A stretch of 64,000 nt of DNA from Prochlorococcus sp. AG-679-M23 (GCA_003208875.1 QCUR01000002.1:210337-274336); one strand, 5' to 3'; shown: positions 20,816 through 32,663, counted from the stretch's first letter. Notes: generated from the sequence alone by a model not told the origin. Translations and numbers: made by a program.

Positions 20816-22435
20816 TTAAACTTTTGCTGCAGTAAGCTTTCTTTCTGCTAGTTTACGAACTTTTAAAGAATCATCTAAGGATGATTTACCATAATTTCTT
20901 TCCAAAATATTAATAACTGTTTTTCCAAATTCGTCATCTTTATTATCAAAAGCTTCTAAACATACCTCTCCAAGTTTTTTACCAAGAGGACCAGGATTCC
21001 ATAAAAGTTTTCTTGCTGTCCAAGGCATCATACTCATTGGATTATAACTAGGTTTTAATATATTATTTTCTATAGCGTACTTTTCTAAAAGAGTATGTGG
21101 TTGTAAACCTATAAAAAATATTGCTGGATCTACTAAACCTTTTCCAAAGATATTTTCTAGTTCTCTATGATAAGCAATAGTTTGTTTAATTGTATTAGGG
21201 GTTTCATCAAAAACATTAAATGAATAATTCACTGAAACATGATTTCTAAACCCTGCCTCAACAAGCAATCTACAATTTTCAAGAACAGTTTTAAGGTTAT
21301 ATGCTAATCTCATTTTTCTAACAAGTTCTTGAGATCCTGATGTAATCCCGATCTCAAAATAACTCATTCCTGTATCAACCATTAATTGAGCTAATTCACG
21401 GTCAATATTATCGGCCCTAATATATGCAGCCCACTTAAGATCAGTCCAACCCTGGTCTTTTATGGCTTGAAGAAGTAATTTCGCATCTTGAATATGATTT
21501 TTTGTTGGAATGAATTGAGCATCAGTAAACCAAAAACCTCTAACGCCCATCTCATAAAGTTGCTTCATTTCTTCAATAATTTCATTTACGGGATTAACTC
21601 GAACTTTTTTACCCTCTACAACTCCATAAACGCAAAAACAACAATTATGTGGACAACCTCTTTTGGTTTGAACTCCTACATAATAATCACCACCTTCTAT
21701 GTACCAATCGAATTCAGCCCAAATAGATTGAATATATTTATAGTTACAAGCTGTTTTAATTGTTCCGGATGGCTGTTCATGTATTAATTTATTTCTAGGT
21801 TTTTGCCCAGCAAGATAACATCTTTCTTTGATAATAGAATCACCCTTAATAACTTTTTCGATAAGGTTTTCACCTTCTCCAACAGAGATTATTGTACCTT
21901 TGGGTAATAGTTCACCTAGCTGTTCGTAGAAAACGCTTACAGCTCCTCCTCCTAAAATTACTTTTACAGATTTGTTATATTTCTGAGCTCTATTGAGACC
22001 CATCTTAACTAAGGATGTATTTCTATTTATTTCTTCATAATGTGATGTTATTAATTTTAGACCTCCCCAAGCACCTCTAATTTTTTTAAAAATATTATTC
22101 GAGTAAAAAACTTCAAATGAGTTCTGTAAAGGGTTGCCGCTTCTCCCGTCAACTGGTGCGTATATTTGTATGTCCCTCCAAGAATAAACGATTAGGTGAG
22201 GTCTGAATTGGTCAATTTTTCTTCTTAGATATATAGAAACTTTATTTAGAGGTACTATTGCTAAATCTATGAATTGTTGTTCTATCTCTGGGAAACACTT
22301 ATGAATATGATCCGCTAAATAAATGGGACCTATTGGAAATATTGGGTTGCAGGGGAGTCTAACAATAAGAACTTTTTTAAAAGATTCTCTATTTAGCTCT
22401 TTATCAATATTTTTTAAAGGAAAGTTAAAATCCAT
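20816..22435 (-). CDS. B12-binding radical SAM protein (Slr0320-like, PSII high-light acclimation family)
   Basis: N-terminal cobalamin-binding-like domain, QTKRGCPHNCCFC, FWFTDAQF. Confidence 0.8.
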   Translation of the reverse strand: MDFNFPLKNIDKELNRESFKKVLIVRLPCNPIFPIGPIYLADHIHKCFPEIEQQFIDLAIVPLNKVSIYLRRKIDQFRPHLIVYSWRDIQIYAPVDGRSGNPLQNSFEVFYSNNIFKKIRGAWGGLKLITSHYEEINRNTSLVKMGLNRAQKYNKSVKVILGGGAVSVFYEQLGELLPKGTIISVGEGENLIEKVIKGDSIIKERCYLAGQKPRNKLIHEQPSGTIKTACNYKYIQSIWAEFDWYIEGGDYYVGVQTKRGCPHNCCFCVYGVVEGKKVRVNPVNEIIEEMKQLYEMGVRGFWFTDAQFIPTKNHIQDAKLLLQAIKDQGWTDLKWAAYIRADNIDRELAQLMVDTGMSYFEIGITSGSQELVRKMRLAYNLKTVLENCRLLVEAGFRNHVSVNYSFNVFDETPNTIKQTIAYHRELENIFGKGLVDPAIFFIGLQPHTLLEKYAIENNILKPSYNPMSMMPWTARKLLWNPGPLGKKLGEVCLEAFDNKDDEFGKTVINILERNYGKSSLDDSLKVRKLAERKLTAAKV

Positions 22436-22534
22436 AAAAAAGATTTTAAATGATCTTATGTGAAGAATCTAACTATTTTATTACCCTTTCGGTGATTTTT
22501 AATTAAATTCTAAAAAAATTGAACTCTTTTTTAG

Positions 22535-23626
22535 TTAGATGTCTGAAATCATATATTTCCAACAAACATTTAGAAGTTTAATGCCATCTATCCATCTTGA
22601 TATATTTGGTGCTCCAGACCGCCTTGCATAATATCTGACAGGGTAATTTAAGATTTTAATATTATTATTTGCCGCCTCAAAGATTATTGTAAAATCGCCA
22701 AAAGGATCTGACTTTGATTCCCAACTACCATTTTTTTTCATCAAATTAAAAAACTTCCTCGAGAAAACTTTTGTTCCACATAGCGAATCAGATATGGGCT
22801 TGTTTATTAAAATTGATAAAAATATTGCAAAACATCTATTGCCAATATAATTTGCCCATCTCATGGCATCTTTTTCCATCGGAAAAGTTGTTCTAGAACA
22901 ATTTACAAGTATATTTTCATTTTTCGTTGATTCCATTATGGCATCGATACTATCGTCAATATCTACGGTTAAGTCAGAATCAATAATTGCTAGAGTATCT
23001 CCAGTTGATATATTAAATCCCTCAACAACAGCGTTTTTCTTTCCCTTTGAAGTTTGTTTTAAAAGAGATATTTTAAAGTTTTTTGAAAAGTCTTTAGTAA
23101 GATTTTCCAACATTTGAAAAGTATTATCTTTACTATTTCCTTCTACAAATATTATTTCGATTTTATTTGGTATTTTTTTAAATTTATTTAAGGCTTTGAT
23201 TAAAAGTTCTTTATTGCCTTCTTCATTTCTTGCAGGAATAAGTATTGAAATCATAGGATCATTTAAATTTTCATGATATTTGTAAAATATGATTTCTATT
23301 TCAAATGCAAGGTGCTTAATTATTGGTAACTTACGTAAAGAATTTTTTATAGACTGGGGAACTAATTTGGTTTGTATTGGAGTTAATTTTTTTGCTTTCC
23401 ATCTGATAGATCTGTAATTATAGATTTCTGCTAATGATTCAACATCACATAAAGTAATTCTTGCTGTATTTGTTGTTCCCCTAAATATTCTGGAATCTAA
23501 TTTCAGCCATCTTGTAATTGGTTCCCAAGTATTACCTCTTACTTTAAGAGAAATAAATTCATTATTATCCTTAAATAATTGGTGGAGTTTATTATTTGTT
23601 AAATTCCAGGTATTTACTGATTTCAT
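22535..23626 (-). CDS. GT2 polyprenol-phosphate glycosyltransferase (DPM1-like) with an N-terminal extension
   Basis: ISILIPARNE, VEGNSKD, IIDSDLTVD (DxD), LCGTK, DPFGDF. Confidence 0.88.
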   Translation of the reverse strand: MKSVNTWNLTNNKLHQLFKDNNEFISLKVRGNTWEPITRWLKLDSRIFRGTTNTARITLCDVESLAEIYNYRSIRWKAKKLTPIQTKLVPQSIKNSLRKLPIIKHLAFEIEIIFYKYHENLNDPMISILIPARNEEGNKELLIKALNKFKKIPNKIEIIFVEGNSKDNTFQMLENLTKDFSKNFKISLLKQTSKGKKNAVVEGFNISTGDTLAIIDSDLTVDIDDSIDAIMESTKNENILVNCSRTTFPMEKDAMRWANYIGNRCFAIFLSILINKPISDSLCGTKVFSRKFFNLMKKNGSWESKSDPFGDFTIIFEAANNNIKILNYPVRYYARRSGAPNISRWIDGIKLLNVCWKYMISDI

Positions 23627-23661
23627 TTTTTAAAAATTTGACCAAGTTTAATATTAACCTA

Positions 23662-25209
23662 TTAGATTTTTTTGATTAATTTCCAAGGAAATATAACTTC
23701 ATTCTCATAAATAATTTTAAAGGAGTTATCTTTTTTTTGATCTTCTTTTGGCAAGATGGACCAAGCAAGTTCTGATGTTTTTAAACTTTTGATGCTCTCG
23801 ATACCGGCTCCTAAATTTGGTGTTAAAAGAGCAATTCTAATGATTTTTGATTGTGAATCAGTATTTATAAAGCTGCTCTTATCAACTTTAATTATTCGAC
23901 TATTGATTGTTTTCAAAGAAGAGATATTTTCCATAGTCTCTCTTAATTCTCTCGATCTATCCGTAAAAAGACCTGATTGCAAAAAACAGGATGTCATTAA
24001 ATAGGGTCCAACAATTAATATAGATATCAATGTTGATGTACTTTGAGAATTTTTGATGAAATTCCAAGCTAATGCAAATAGTAATAATCCTCCAATTAAA
24101 AATGTATTCTCTTTGATATTAAAATTCATGTTAGCTTTGAATACGAAAATATAGATAAAGATTACTGAGACCACGAATAATGGAATGATTCTTGAAGATA
24201 TAAAAATAAAAATAAATTTAAATCTTTTTTCTTCTATTAAATAATTGATACCTATAAAAGCATTTAAGGATATTATTGAAGAGATTTGTAAAGGATAGTA
24301 AGGTGTTTTTGTAGAAAAACTACTTATCAAGATTATTAAAATTAAAGGGAAATAAAATAAAATAAAACTTTGAGAATTTTTACTTTTTAAACCATGAACT
24401 AACCCAATAATGGAAAATATGCTCCATGGGAGGAAAGTTACTGGTATATTCCACAAATAGTAGTAAAAAGGATTTGTAAATGTATTTTCTATAGATAAAT
24501 TATTAAATTTATCTAAAAGGTGAAAAATAATATTTTTATCAAGAAATGTATTTATAGATGTTGTCCACAAAATGAATGGAGTAAAACCACTTATTAATCC
24601 AAGCCAAAAATATTTTGAGGTAAAAATAAATTTTTTTTTAATCAAATATGGTAGTAATGATATTATTGGTATCGCGACGAGAAAAGTCTTCATCATAAAA
24701 GCTAAACCTATCCAAATCCCAAAAAGAGAGATATAAACTAATTCTTTTTTACTTTTTGTTTTTACAATCGAAAATATTCCAAAAGTCACTAGACAGCTGT
24801 AAATTAGATCTTGAGTAGCTAAGTGAGAATAATCAAACCACAAAAAAGTTGTTGAAAGAATAAGTGGTGATGCTATTGCAAACTTTTTACCTATTAATTC
24901 TTCATGTAATTTATAGGTTAGTATTAACATCACTATTGATGAAATAGTTGTTGGTAAATAGGCTGCGAATAAATTTTCCCCAAATATTTCTTGTGATTTG
25001 GCAATTAGAAATTGTATACCTATTGTTCTATCTAAATTAAAATCTCCCCACCATAATGGAATTGTCCAATTTCCTTTTTCTAATATCCATCTAGCCTGTA
25101 AAGCATAGAATCCCTCATCATAAGCTAAGTAACTTCTTTTACCAAAGTAGAAAATTAATGGAAAAAATATAAATAATTTTAAAAACAATTTGAAATTAAT
25201 TTTCCACAT
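23662..25209 (-). CDS. ArnT/PMT-family (GT-C, GT39/83-like) membrane glycosyltransferase
   Basis: Multi-TM protein; YDEGFY periplasmic DE motif, AFMMKT, PFYYYL, KTPYY. Confidence 0.85.
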   Translation of the reverse strand: MWKINFKLFLKLFIFFPLIFYFGKRSYLAYDEGFYALQARWILEKGNWTIPLWWGDFNLDRTIGIQFLIAKSQEIFGENLFAAYLPTTISSIVMLILTYKLHEELIGKKFAIASPLILSTTFLWFDYSHLATQDLIYSCLVTFGIFSIVKTKSKKELVYISLFGIWIGLAFMMKTFLVAIPIISLLPYLIKKKFIFTSKYFWLGLISGFTPFILWTTSINTFLDKNIIFHLLDKFNNLSIENTFTNPFYYYLWNIPVTFLPWSIFSIIGLVHGLKSKNSQSFILFYFPLILIILISSFSTKTPYYPLQISSIISLNAFIGINYLIEEKRFKFIFIFISSRIIPLFVVSVIFIYIFVFKANMNFNIKENTFLIGGLLLFALAWNFIKNSQSTSTLISILIVGPYLMTSCFLQSGLFTDRSRELRETMENISSLKTINSRIIKVDKSSFINTDSQSKIIRIALLTPNLGAGIESIKSLKTSELAWSILPKEDQKKDNSFKIIYENEVIFPWKLIKKI

Positions 25210-25361
25210 ATAAAAGTTTGTCTTGTTTTAGATAAATGGAGATAGTTTGAATTGAACAAATGACCTAATGTTTACGAAACAGTTGCTGTTCCACCAACTA
25301 TGTCGGCGATATTAAATTTTAGTTTTTTCATATAGACTTAATTCTATATTTTAAAGAATTA

Positions 25362-25601
25362 ATGTCAAAAATTGACCCTGAATTAAAAAAAAAGTTACTA
25401 AAGGAGACTCAAGCTCCATTCAAAGGTTTAAGGAGAATATTATGGATTGCCTTCTCTGGTTCTGCTTTTTTAGGTCTTCTAATAATGGTTTCTAAAATTG
25501 CTGCTGGAAATGAAATACAGCAAAATAATCTTTTGATACAACTAGCAGCTTGTGCATTATTTTCTATCTTATTTTTCCTCGATAGAAATAAGGAAGATTA
25601 A
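25362..25601 (+). CDS. DUF3493-family small membrane protein
   Basis: L..E.QAPFKGLRR followed by two hydrophobic helices. Confidence 0.7.
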   Translation: MSKIDPELKKKLLKETQAPFKGLRRILWIAFSGSAFLGLLIMVSKIAAGNEIQQNNLLIQLAACALFSILFFLDRNKED

Positions 25602-25605
25602 GTTT

Positions 25606-28600
25606 TTATTTATTTAGAGTCCTTTTTTTTGTTACAAATTTAAATGCCTCAATGATATCTCCTTCACTCCAAGTTGAGAATTTATCACATCCAACTCCAC
25701 ATTCGAAACCAGTATTAACTTCTTTTACATCATCTTTCGATCTTTTTAAAGAATCCAAATTACCTTCAAATATTACTTTATCAGATCTGAGTACTCTTAA
25801 AGAACAATTTCTTTGAAGCTTACCACTTTTTATGTAGCATCCAGCAATTGCTCCTTTCCCAACCGCAAATGTTGCTCTTACTTCAGCTTGACCTAAAGAT
25901 TCCTCAACCAAATCAGGTTCAAGTAATCCTTCCATAGCAGATTGAATATCTTCTAGAAGTTTATAAATGACTTCATACTCTCGTATATCAACATCATTTG
26001 CGTCGGCTGCTCTTTTAGCTCCAGAGGCTAATGATGTGTTGAAGCCTATTATTACTGAGCCAGAGGCAGCAGCAAGATCTATGTCAGTCTCAGTTATTTC
26101 TCCAGGCGCGGAGAGTAGGACTCTCACTTGAACCTCATTCTTTGGTAGTTGTTCTAATGAACCTAATATAGCTTCTACACTACCTTGGACATCTGCTTTT
26201 AGAATTAAATTTAATTCTTTAAGTTCTCCATCATTTGCTTGAGTAGATAAAGATGATAAGCTTACCCTTCTTGATGCCATTTGCTGGGCTAATTTTGTTG
26301 CTCTCGCATCAGTCGCTCTATCTCCAACAATTGCTCTAGCAGATTTCTCATCAGGATAAACTTCAAATTCATCACCAGCTGTTGGGACTTCGCTAAATCC
26401 AAGAGCTTCCACTGGACATGAAGGCCCCGCCTCCTTAATTCTATTACCATGTTCATCGACCATGGCTCTAATTTTTCCAAGGACTGAACCTGCAGCTAAA
26501 ACATCACCAGCTTTTAATGTGCCATTTTGTACTAATAAAGTTGCAACAGGACCTTTAGCTTTATCTAAATGGGCTTCAATAACTGTCCCTTTAGCTAATC
26601 TTTCAGGGTTTGCTTGGAGATCTTCAACTTCAGAAACCAACAAGATCATCTCGAGTAATTTATCAATATTTTGTTTTTTGATTGCACTAACTGGAACCAT
26701 AACAACGTCCCCACCCCAGTCTTCGGCGATTAGATCTTTTTCTGATAATTCCTGTTTAACTCTATCTGGAGAAGCACCTTCTTTATCAATTTTATTTATA
26801 GCTACCACTATTGGTACTTTTGCTGCTCTTGCGTGACTAATGGCTTCTAGTGTTTGAGGTCTGCACCCATCATCAGCAGCTACTACAAGTACCGCTACGT
26901 CTGTAACTTTCGTACCTCTTGCACGCATGGCGGTAAATGCTTCATGGCCCGGAGTATCAAGAAAAGTTAGCTTTTTCTTTTTTGATTCGTGCTCAAATTC
27001 AACTTGATAAGCCCCGATATGTTGAGTTATTCCACCTGCTTCTCCAGAGGCTACTCTAGATTCTCTTATGGAATCTAAAAGACTTGTTTTACCATGGTCA
27101 ACATGACCCATTACTGTAATAACTGGAGGCCTTTTAATAAGACTTTCAATATCATCTGTTTCAATCATATCTACAGTTTTCTTTGCAGCCTCTTCAACAT
27201 CATCTTGTAGAACAGGGACTCCAAATTCCTCAGCCACTGTTTCAATAGTTGCCAAGTCAAGTGATTGAGTAACTGTCGCTGTAATCCCTTTAAAGAATAG
27301 AGATTTAATTATTTCAGAACTTTCAAGACTAAGCTTATCGGCTAATTCTTGCACAGTTAAATTATCTTCCGGTATTATTATCATTTCAGGTCTTACTTGT
27401 TTTGCATCTTTCGCTGCCCTTAGTTCCATAGCTCTTCTCTTTTGTCTTTGCCTAGTAGTCTCTTTTTTCTTTTTCTTGAATTGTCTTGAGGGTTTTTGTG
27501 ATTTGATCTCTTCAGATTTTTCTTTTTTTGGACGAGCCAAACTAGCTGATAATATTGAAACTTTCTCTCCAGAGTAGCCGCTGGTCTCAGAGGTTAATGA
27601 ATCATCATTTTCGCCAATAATATGGACTTTTTGTCTTTGTTTTTGTGGGTTTTTATTTCTTAATGCTTCTAACTTAGCACTATCGTCCCAATCTGATCTG
27701 CCAGGCTTCTTAGAGTTGCTTGTAAATGATCTATGAGGTGGTTTCTTAGCTGCTGGAGATGCATTTAAACGACTATTAGGTGCTTTAGCCTTCTGATTGA
27801 TTACCTCTATTTTTTGTTTATTTACATTAGGAGTATTTGGTTTTTCTTTATTTGACGCATTAGTTTTCTGTAGCTGCATCAATTCGTTTGGTGCTACTGG
27901 CTTTCTTATTCCGGAGGGACTTTGATTACTTAGTTTCGAACCGCCCCTATTGAAATCTCCCTGTCTATATGGCCCGCCTTGTCTATTTGGAACACCTTGT
28001 CTATTCTGCCCCCCTGGTCTATTAGGAGCACCTTGTCTATAAGCTCCGCCTTGTCTATTTGGAGATCCTGGCCTGTAAGGACCGCCTTGTCTATTTGGAA
28101 CACCTTGTCTATCCTGCTCCTGCCTCCCTGGCCTACTTGGAGTACCCTCTCTATAAGAACTACCTGGCCTGTTTGGAACATTTTGGCGGCTTGGCCTATT
28201 GGAATTTGCTTGTCTATTAGGAATACCTCCCCTATTTGCAGAAATTGGTGTATTAGATGAGAGTTGCCTGCTATTAGTATTTGGTCTGTTTGAATTGATT
28301 TTAGGATCTTCCCTTCTAATAGGGGCGCCTACTAGTTCAGGTGTATTTTTTACATTAGGACTATTTAAATTCTTTTTAGGAAAATTATTATTATCAATTT
28401 TATTTGATAATTGAGCCCTTTGATTAACTGAGTTATTTATTTTGTTTGCGTTTATATTCCTATTGGAATTTGCTAAATTTTTTGGTTTTTCAATTAATTG
28501 AATAGGCGGTCTTGCAGTAGTTTTTATTGGAGATATAGAAGAATTTTTTAAAGGCTTTTTGTCTTGTATAACTTTTGAGTCTTTTCTATCTTTTAGATTT

Positions 28601-29091
28601 GGAGTTGTTTTTATTGTGTTATTGGTTTTATTTTGAGTTTTTGAAAGTTCTTGAGATTTGAGGTTAGAGACAATAGTAGGGGGATTTGGATTTTTAAAAT
28701 TATTTAAATTTCTTTTATTTGAGCTTACTAGTGAATTTGCTTGTTTATTAATAGGCTTGATTAAAAGAGGTTTTTTATTTAAACCGTCTTTTGATAAATT
28801 CTCTGGATGCAAGTTACTTGATAAGGTTTTATTGTTTTTGTTTTCATTATCATTATTTTTTGGTTTTTCGGTTTTTGCTTTAAATGTAGATTTACTTACG
28901 GAAAGAATTTTCTTTCCCGGATTTTTGTTATTTATAAGATTTTTTATTTTTTTTGCATCTTCTAAGGTTATTGAACTGCTGTGACTTTTGACTGATATTG
29001 AAAGTTTTTGAGCAGCATCCAATATATCTTTATTTTCCAGTTTTAGATCTCTGGAAAGTTCATAAACTCTGATTTTATCGCTGATAGTCAT
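25606..29091 (-). CDS. infB: Translation initiation factor IF-2 with a long disordered N-terminus
   Basis: [20 protein letters not shown]; KIRVYEL N-terminal domain; 1161 aa. Confidence 0.99.
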   Translation of the reverse strand: MTISDKIRVYELSRDLKLENKDILDAAQKLSISVKSHSSSITLEDAKKIKNLINNKNPGKKILSVSKSTFKAKTEKPKNNDNENKNNKTLSSNLHPENLSKDGLNKKPLLIKPINKQANSLVSSNKRNLNNFKNPNPPTIVSNLKSQELSKTQNKTNNTIKTTPNLKDRKDSKVIQDKKPLKNSSISPIKTTARPPIQLIEKPKNLANSNRNINANKINNSVNQRAQLSNKIDNNNFPKKNLNSPNVKNTPELVGAPIRREDPKINSNRPNTNSRQLSSNTPISANRGGIPNRQANSNRPSRQNVPNRPGSSYREGTPSRPGRQEQDRQGVPNRQGGPYRPGSPNRQGGAYRQGAPNRPGGQNRQGVPNRQGGPYRQGDFNRGGSKLSNQSPSGIRKPVAPNELMQLQKTNASNKEKPNTPNVNKQKIEVINQKAKAPNSRLNASPAAKKPPHRSFTSNSKKPGRSDWDDSAKLEALRNKNPQKQRQKVHIIGENDDSLTSETSGYSGEKVSILSASLARPKKEKSEEIKSQKPSRQFKKKKKETTRQRQKRRAMELRAAKDAKQVRPEMIIIPEDNLTVQELADKLSLESSEIIKSLFFKGITATVTQSLDLATIETVAEEFGVPVLQDDVEEAAKKTVDMIETDDIESLIKRPPVITVMGHVDHGKTSLLDSIRESRVASGEAGGITQHIGAYQVEFEHESKKKKLTFLDTPGHEAFTAMRARGTKVTDVAVLVVAADDGCRPQTLEAISHARAAKVPIVVAINKIDKEGASPDRVKQELSEKDLIAEDWGGDVVMVPVSAIKKQNIDKLLEMILLVSEVEDLQANPERLAKGTVIEAHLDKAKGPVATLLVQNGTLKAGDVLAAGSVLGKIRAMVDEHGNRIKEAGPSCPVEALGFSEVPTAGDEFEVYPDEKSARAIVGDRATDARATKLAQQMASRRVSLSSLSTQANDGELKELNLILKADVQGSVEAILGSLEQLPKNEVQVRVLLSAPGEITETDIDLAAASGSVIIGFNTSLASGAKRAADANDVDIREYEVIYKLLEDIQSAMEGLLEPDLVEESLGQAEVRATFAVGKGAIAGCYIKSGKLQRNCSLRVLRSDKVIFEGNLDSLKRSKDDVKEVNTGFECGVGCDKFSTWSEGDIIEAFKFVTKKRTLNK
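27955..28235 (-). repeat. 18-bp-period coding tandem repeat in infB
   Basis: Recurrent CCTTGTCTAT on the + strand. Exact 31-bp direct repeat at 27974-28004 and 28082-28112 (108 bp apart). Encodes [18 protein letters not shown]-type hexapeptides. Confidence 0.9.
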
Positions 29092-29162
29092 TTAATCTGA
29101 ATGTTACTCTTTTTTAGAAATTTTGGAGAATATAATTTTAATTATATGCCCTTTTGGGATAG

Positions 29163-29423
29163 TTATTTATAGTTTGCAATTTCCCTTTCAAAAATATCAA
29201 TAAATTCAGGATTTAAAATGCCTTTTAAAGCTTTTTGAAGCTTTTTTTTAAGTTTAGAATCTGTGTAACACTTTTTTGACTTACAAATGTAAGCAGAACG
29301 ACCCATACCTTGGTTAAGCATTATTCCTAACTTATGATCATTAGTAATCTTTAAAAGATTATTTCTATCAAAAGTTGTCCTGCAAGAAATGCACTTACGC
29401 ATAACAGGAGATTTCAGTGTCAC
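29163..29423 (-). CDS. ylxR: YlxR / RnpM (DUF448) RNA-binding protein
   Basis: P.MRKCISCR, GRSAYIC; position between nusA and infB. Confidence 0.88.
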   Translation of the reverse strand: MTLKSPVMRKCISCRTTFDRNNLLKITNDHKLGIMLNQGMGRSAYICKSKKCYTDSKLKKKLQKALKGILNPEFIDIFEREIANYK

Positions 29424-30823
29424 CGTGTGTTCTCCTCTTTAGACAATAGTTCCTCTTGTTTCAAGTTTTCTGTTTGGTCGTTTTCTGAAAGAGTTTCTTC
29501 ATCGTATCGTTCATCTCCATATTCTTCATCATCTTCAGGCAAAGGGTAAAGTTCCCTTAGTCTTTTATCTTCTGCAGCTCTTTCTGCTTGCTCAGCCTCC
29601 AATCTCTGTTCAGCTTCTCTTTGAAGATTCTCTTCTTCCTCCCTTTGAACAATTAATTCTGCTACTGCAGAGTCTTCAGTCTCCTGATCATATTCATGGG
29701 AGTTTTTAACGTCTATTTTCCAGCCTGTTAACCTAGCAGCAAGACGAACATTTTGACCTTCTCTTCCTATGGCAAGACTTAATTGATCAGGGGGAACTAA
29801 AACATGAGCATGTTGTCCTTCTGGATCAACAAGTCTGACAAGGTCAACTTTTGCTGGACTCAAAGAATTTAGTATGTATTGAATAGGGTCAGATGACCAC
29901 TTTATAACATCTATTTTTTCTCCCCTTAATTCATTAACTACTTGTTGAATCCTTGCTCCTCTTGCTCCAATGCAAGCTCCGACTGGATCAACTTCTCTTT
30001 CAATACTATCTACGGCGACTTTAGTCCTTGGCCCAACAGCTCTCGAAGGAGGATTTGCTTCTCTTGAGACAGCAACAATTTTGACTGTGCCTTCTTGAAT
30101 TTCTGGGACTTCATTTTCGAATAAATAAACCACTAGACCAGCATTAGCTCTACTTACAAAAAGTTGAGGACCTTTTCTAGCTACTTCGCTAACTTCTTTA
30201 AGAAAAACTTTGAATGTAGCATTAGCTCTATAATTGTCATTAGGTAATTGATCCCTTTTAGGAAGTTCTGCTTCTACTTCTGGCCTACCGATTCCTGAGC
30301 TAACCCCCATAATTACTGACTGTCTCTCAAATCTAATAACTCTTGCAGTTAAAACAGGATCTTCCAAATCTGCGAATTCTTCCTGAATCATTTTCCTTTG
30401 TTGGTCTCTCAACTTTTGAGCCAATACTTGCTTCGTTGTTGAGGCTGCCATTCTACCAAAATCCTCTTTTTCGGGAGTGACATCTAAAACGACGGTATCA
30501 CCTATTTGAGCATCATCAGCAACTTGTTTAACTTCTTGAAGAGATATTTGATGATCTTCGCTTTCAACATCTTCAACAATAATTTTACTCGATAAAATTC
30601 GATAACCCTCTTCTTCTAGATCGAATCCTACATCAAAATTACTAAAATATTCTTCATCAAATGGATCTTCTTTCACTCCAATGTAGAAAGTTTTTCGGTA
30701 TTTTTCGTAACCTTTAAGTAAAGCTTCACGTAAAGCTGATTCCACAACGTGAGGAGGTAATTTTTTTTCCTCACTTATGTCTTCAATAAGATTGTTTAAA
30801 CCTGGGAGAATTACTAATGCCAT
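29420..30823 (-). CDS. nusA: Transcription termination factor NusA
   Basis: S1 and KH domains; GPRTKVAV, DPVGACIG.RG.RI, AIGREGQNVRLA. Confidence 0.98.
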   Translation of the reverse strand: MALVILPGLNNLIEDISEEKKLPPHVVESALREALLKGYEKYRKTFYIGVKEDPFDEEYFSNFDVGFDLEEEGYRILSSKIIVEDVESEDHQISLQEVKQVADDAQIGDTVVLDVTPEKEDFGRMAASTTKQVLAQKLRDQQRKMIQEEFADLEDPVLTARVIRFERQSVIMGVSSGIGRPEVEAELPKRDQLPNDNYRANATFKVFLKEVSEVARKGPQLFVSRANAGLVVYLFENEVPEIQEGTVKIVAVSREANPPSRAVGPRTKVAVDSIEREVDPVGACIGARGARIQQVVNELRGEKIDVIKWSSDPIQYILNSLSPAKVDLVRLVDPEGQHAHVLVPPDQLSLAIGREGQNVRLAARLTGWKIDVKNSHEYDQETEDSAVAELIVQREEEENLQREAEQRLEAEQAERAAEDKRLRELYPLPEDDEEYGDERYDEETLSENDQTENLKQEELLSKEENTR

Positions 30824-30859
30824 CTATGATGGGTAAAATGAATAAGAGTTGATAATTAA

Positions 30860-31363
30860 TTAGTCTTTAAAAGTGCAAAGACTAACCTTTAATACTTCAT
30901 TAAAGGGAATTTTTTTAATCTTACCTTTAATGTTAATGGCTAAATAATCTTTAGACTTTTCATAAAGTAAACCGTTCAAAAATTTTATTTGAGAATTTTT
31001 TTGGTTTAACTCAACATTAACTGGAAAACCTTTAAAAGTTTTGAAGTCTCTTTCTGAGGTTAATTCATCACTGACACCTTGACTACTAATTTCTAAAACA
31101 TATGAACAATTTAAAAGATTTGAATTCTCAATCACACTATTAGCTGGGTTATTGAATCTTGAACAGTCATCTAAAGTAATATCATCATTATTGGTTCTGC
31201 AAATAACAATTTTTATAATAATGGGATTTTGATTTGTCAGTATATCTAAACTATGTATCTTTAGGTTGAATTCTTTAGCAACTCCTTGAAGAATACTTTC
31301 TAAGTTGCTTTTACATTCCTTATCCAATTTTAAGTTTTTGTTTTGATAATTGATTATTTTCAC
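30860..31363 (-). CDS. rimP: Ribosome maturation factor RimP
   Basis: [15 protein letters not shown]; first gene of the rimP-nusA-infB operon. Confidence 0.92.
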   Translation of the reverse strand: MKIINYQNKNLKLDKECKSNLESILQGVAKEFNLKIHSLDILTNQNPIIIKIVICRTNNDDITLDDCSRFNNPANSVIENSNLLNCSYVLEISSQGVSDELTSERDFKTFKGFPVNVELNQKNSQIKFLNGLLYEKSKDYLAINIKGKIKKIPFNEVLKVSLCTFKD

Positions 31364-31461
31364 ATATCAAAAAGTTGTTTTGAAAATAAGCTTTTGTTAT
31401 GTGTATTTTATGGATGTTAACAAAAAAACTACACTAGGAATTTTATTCAATTAAATTCTGA

Positions 31462-32616
<1,155 letters not shown>

Positions 32617-32663
32617 AGCTTCTGTTGAAATTTAATAATCTATAAACTTTAGTTCAAAACATT

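Noticed and set aside
27955-28235. Regularly spaced repeats resembling a CRISPR array
   Set aside because: The period is 18 bp (a multiple of 3) and in frame within infB, there are no unique spacers and no cas genes. It is a coding repeat.
26289-28984. Several alternative-frame or antisense ORFs in infB
   Set aside because: Produced by codon bias and the repeat tract; no independent coding evidence.
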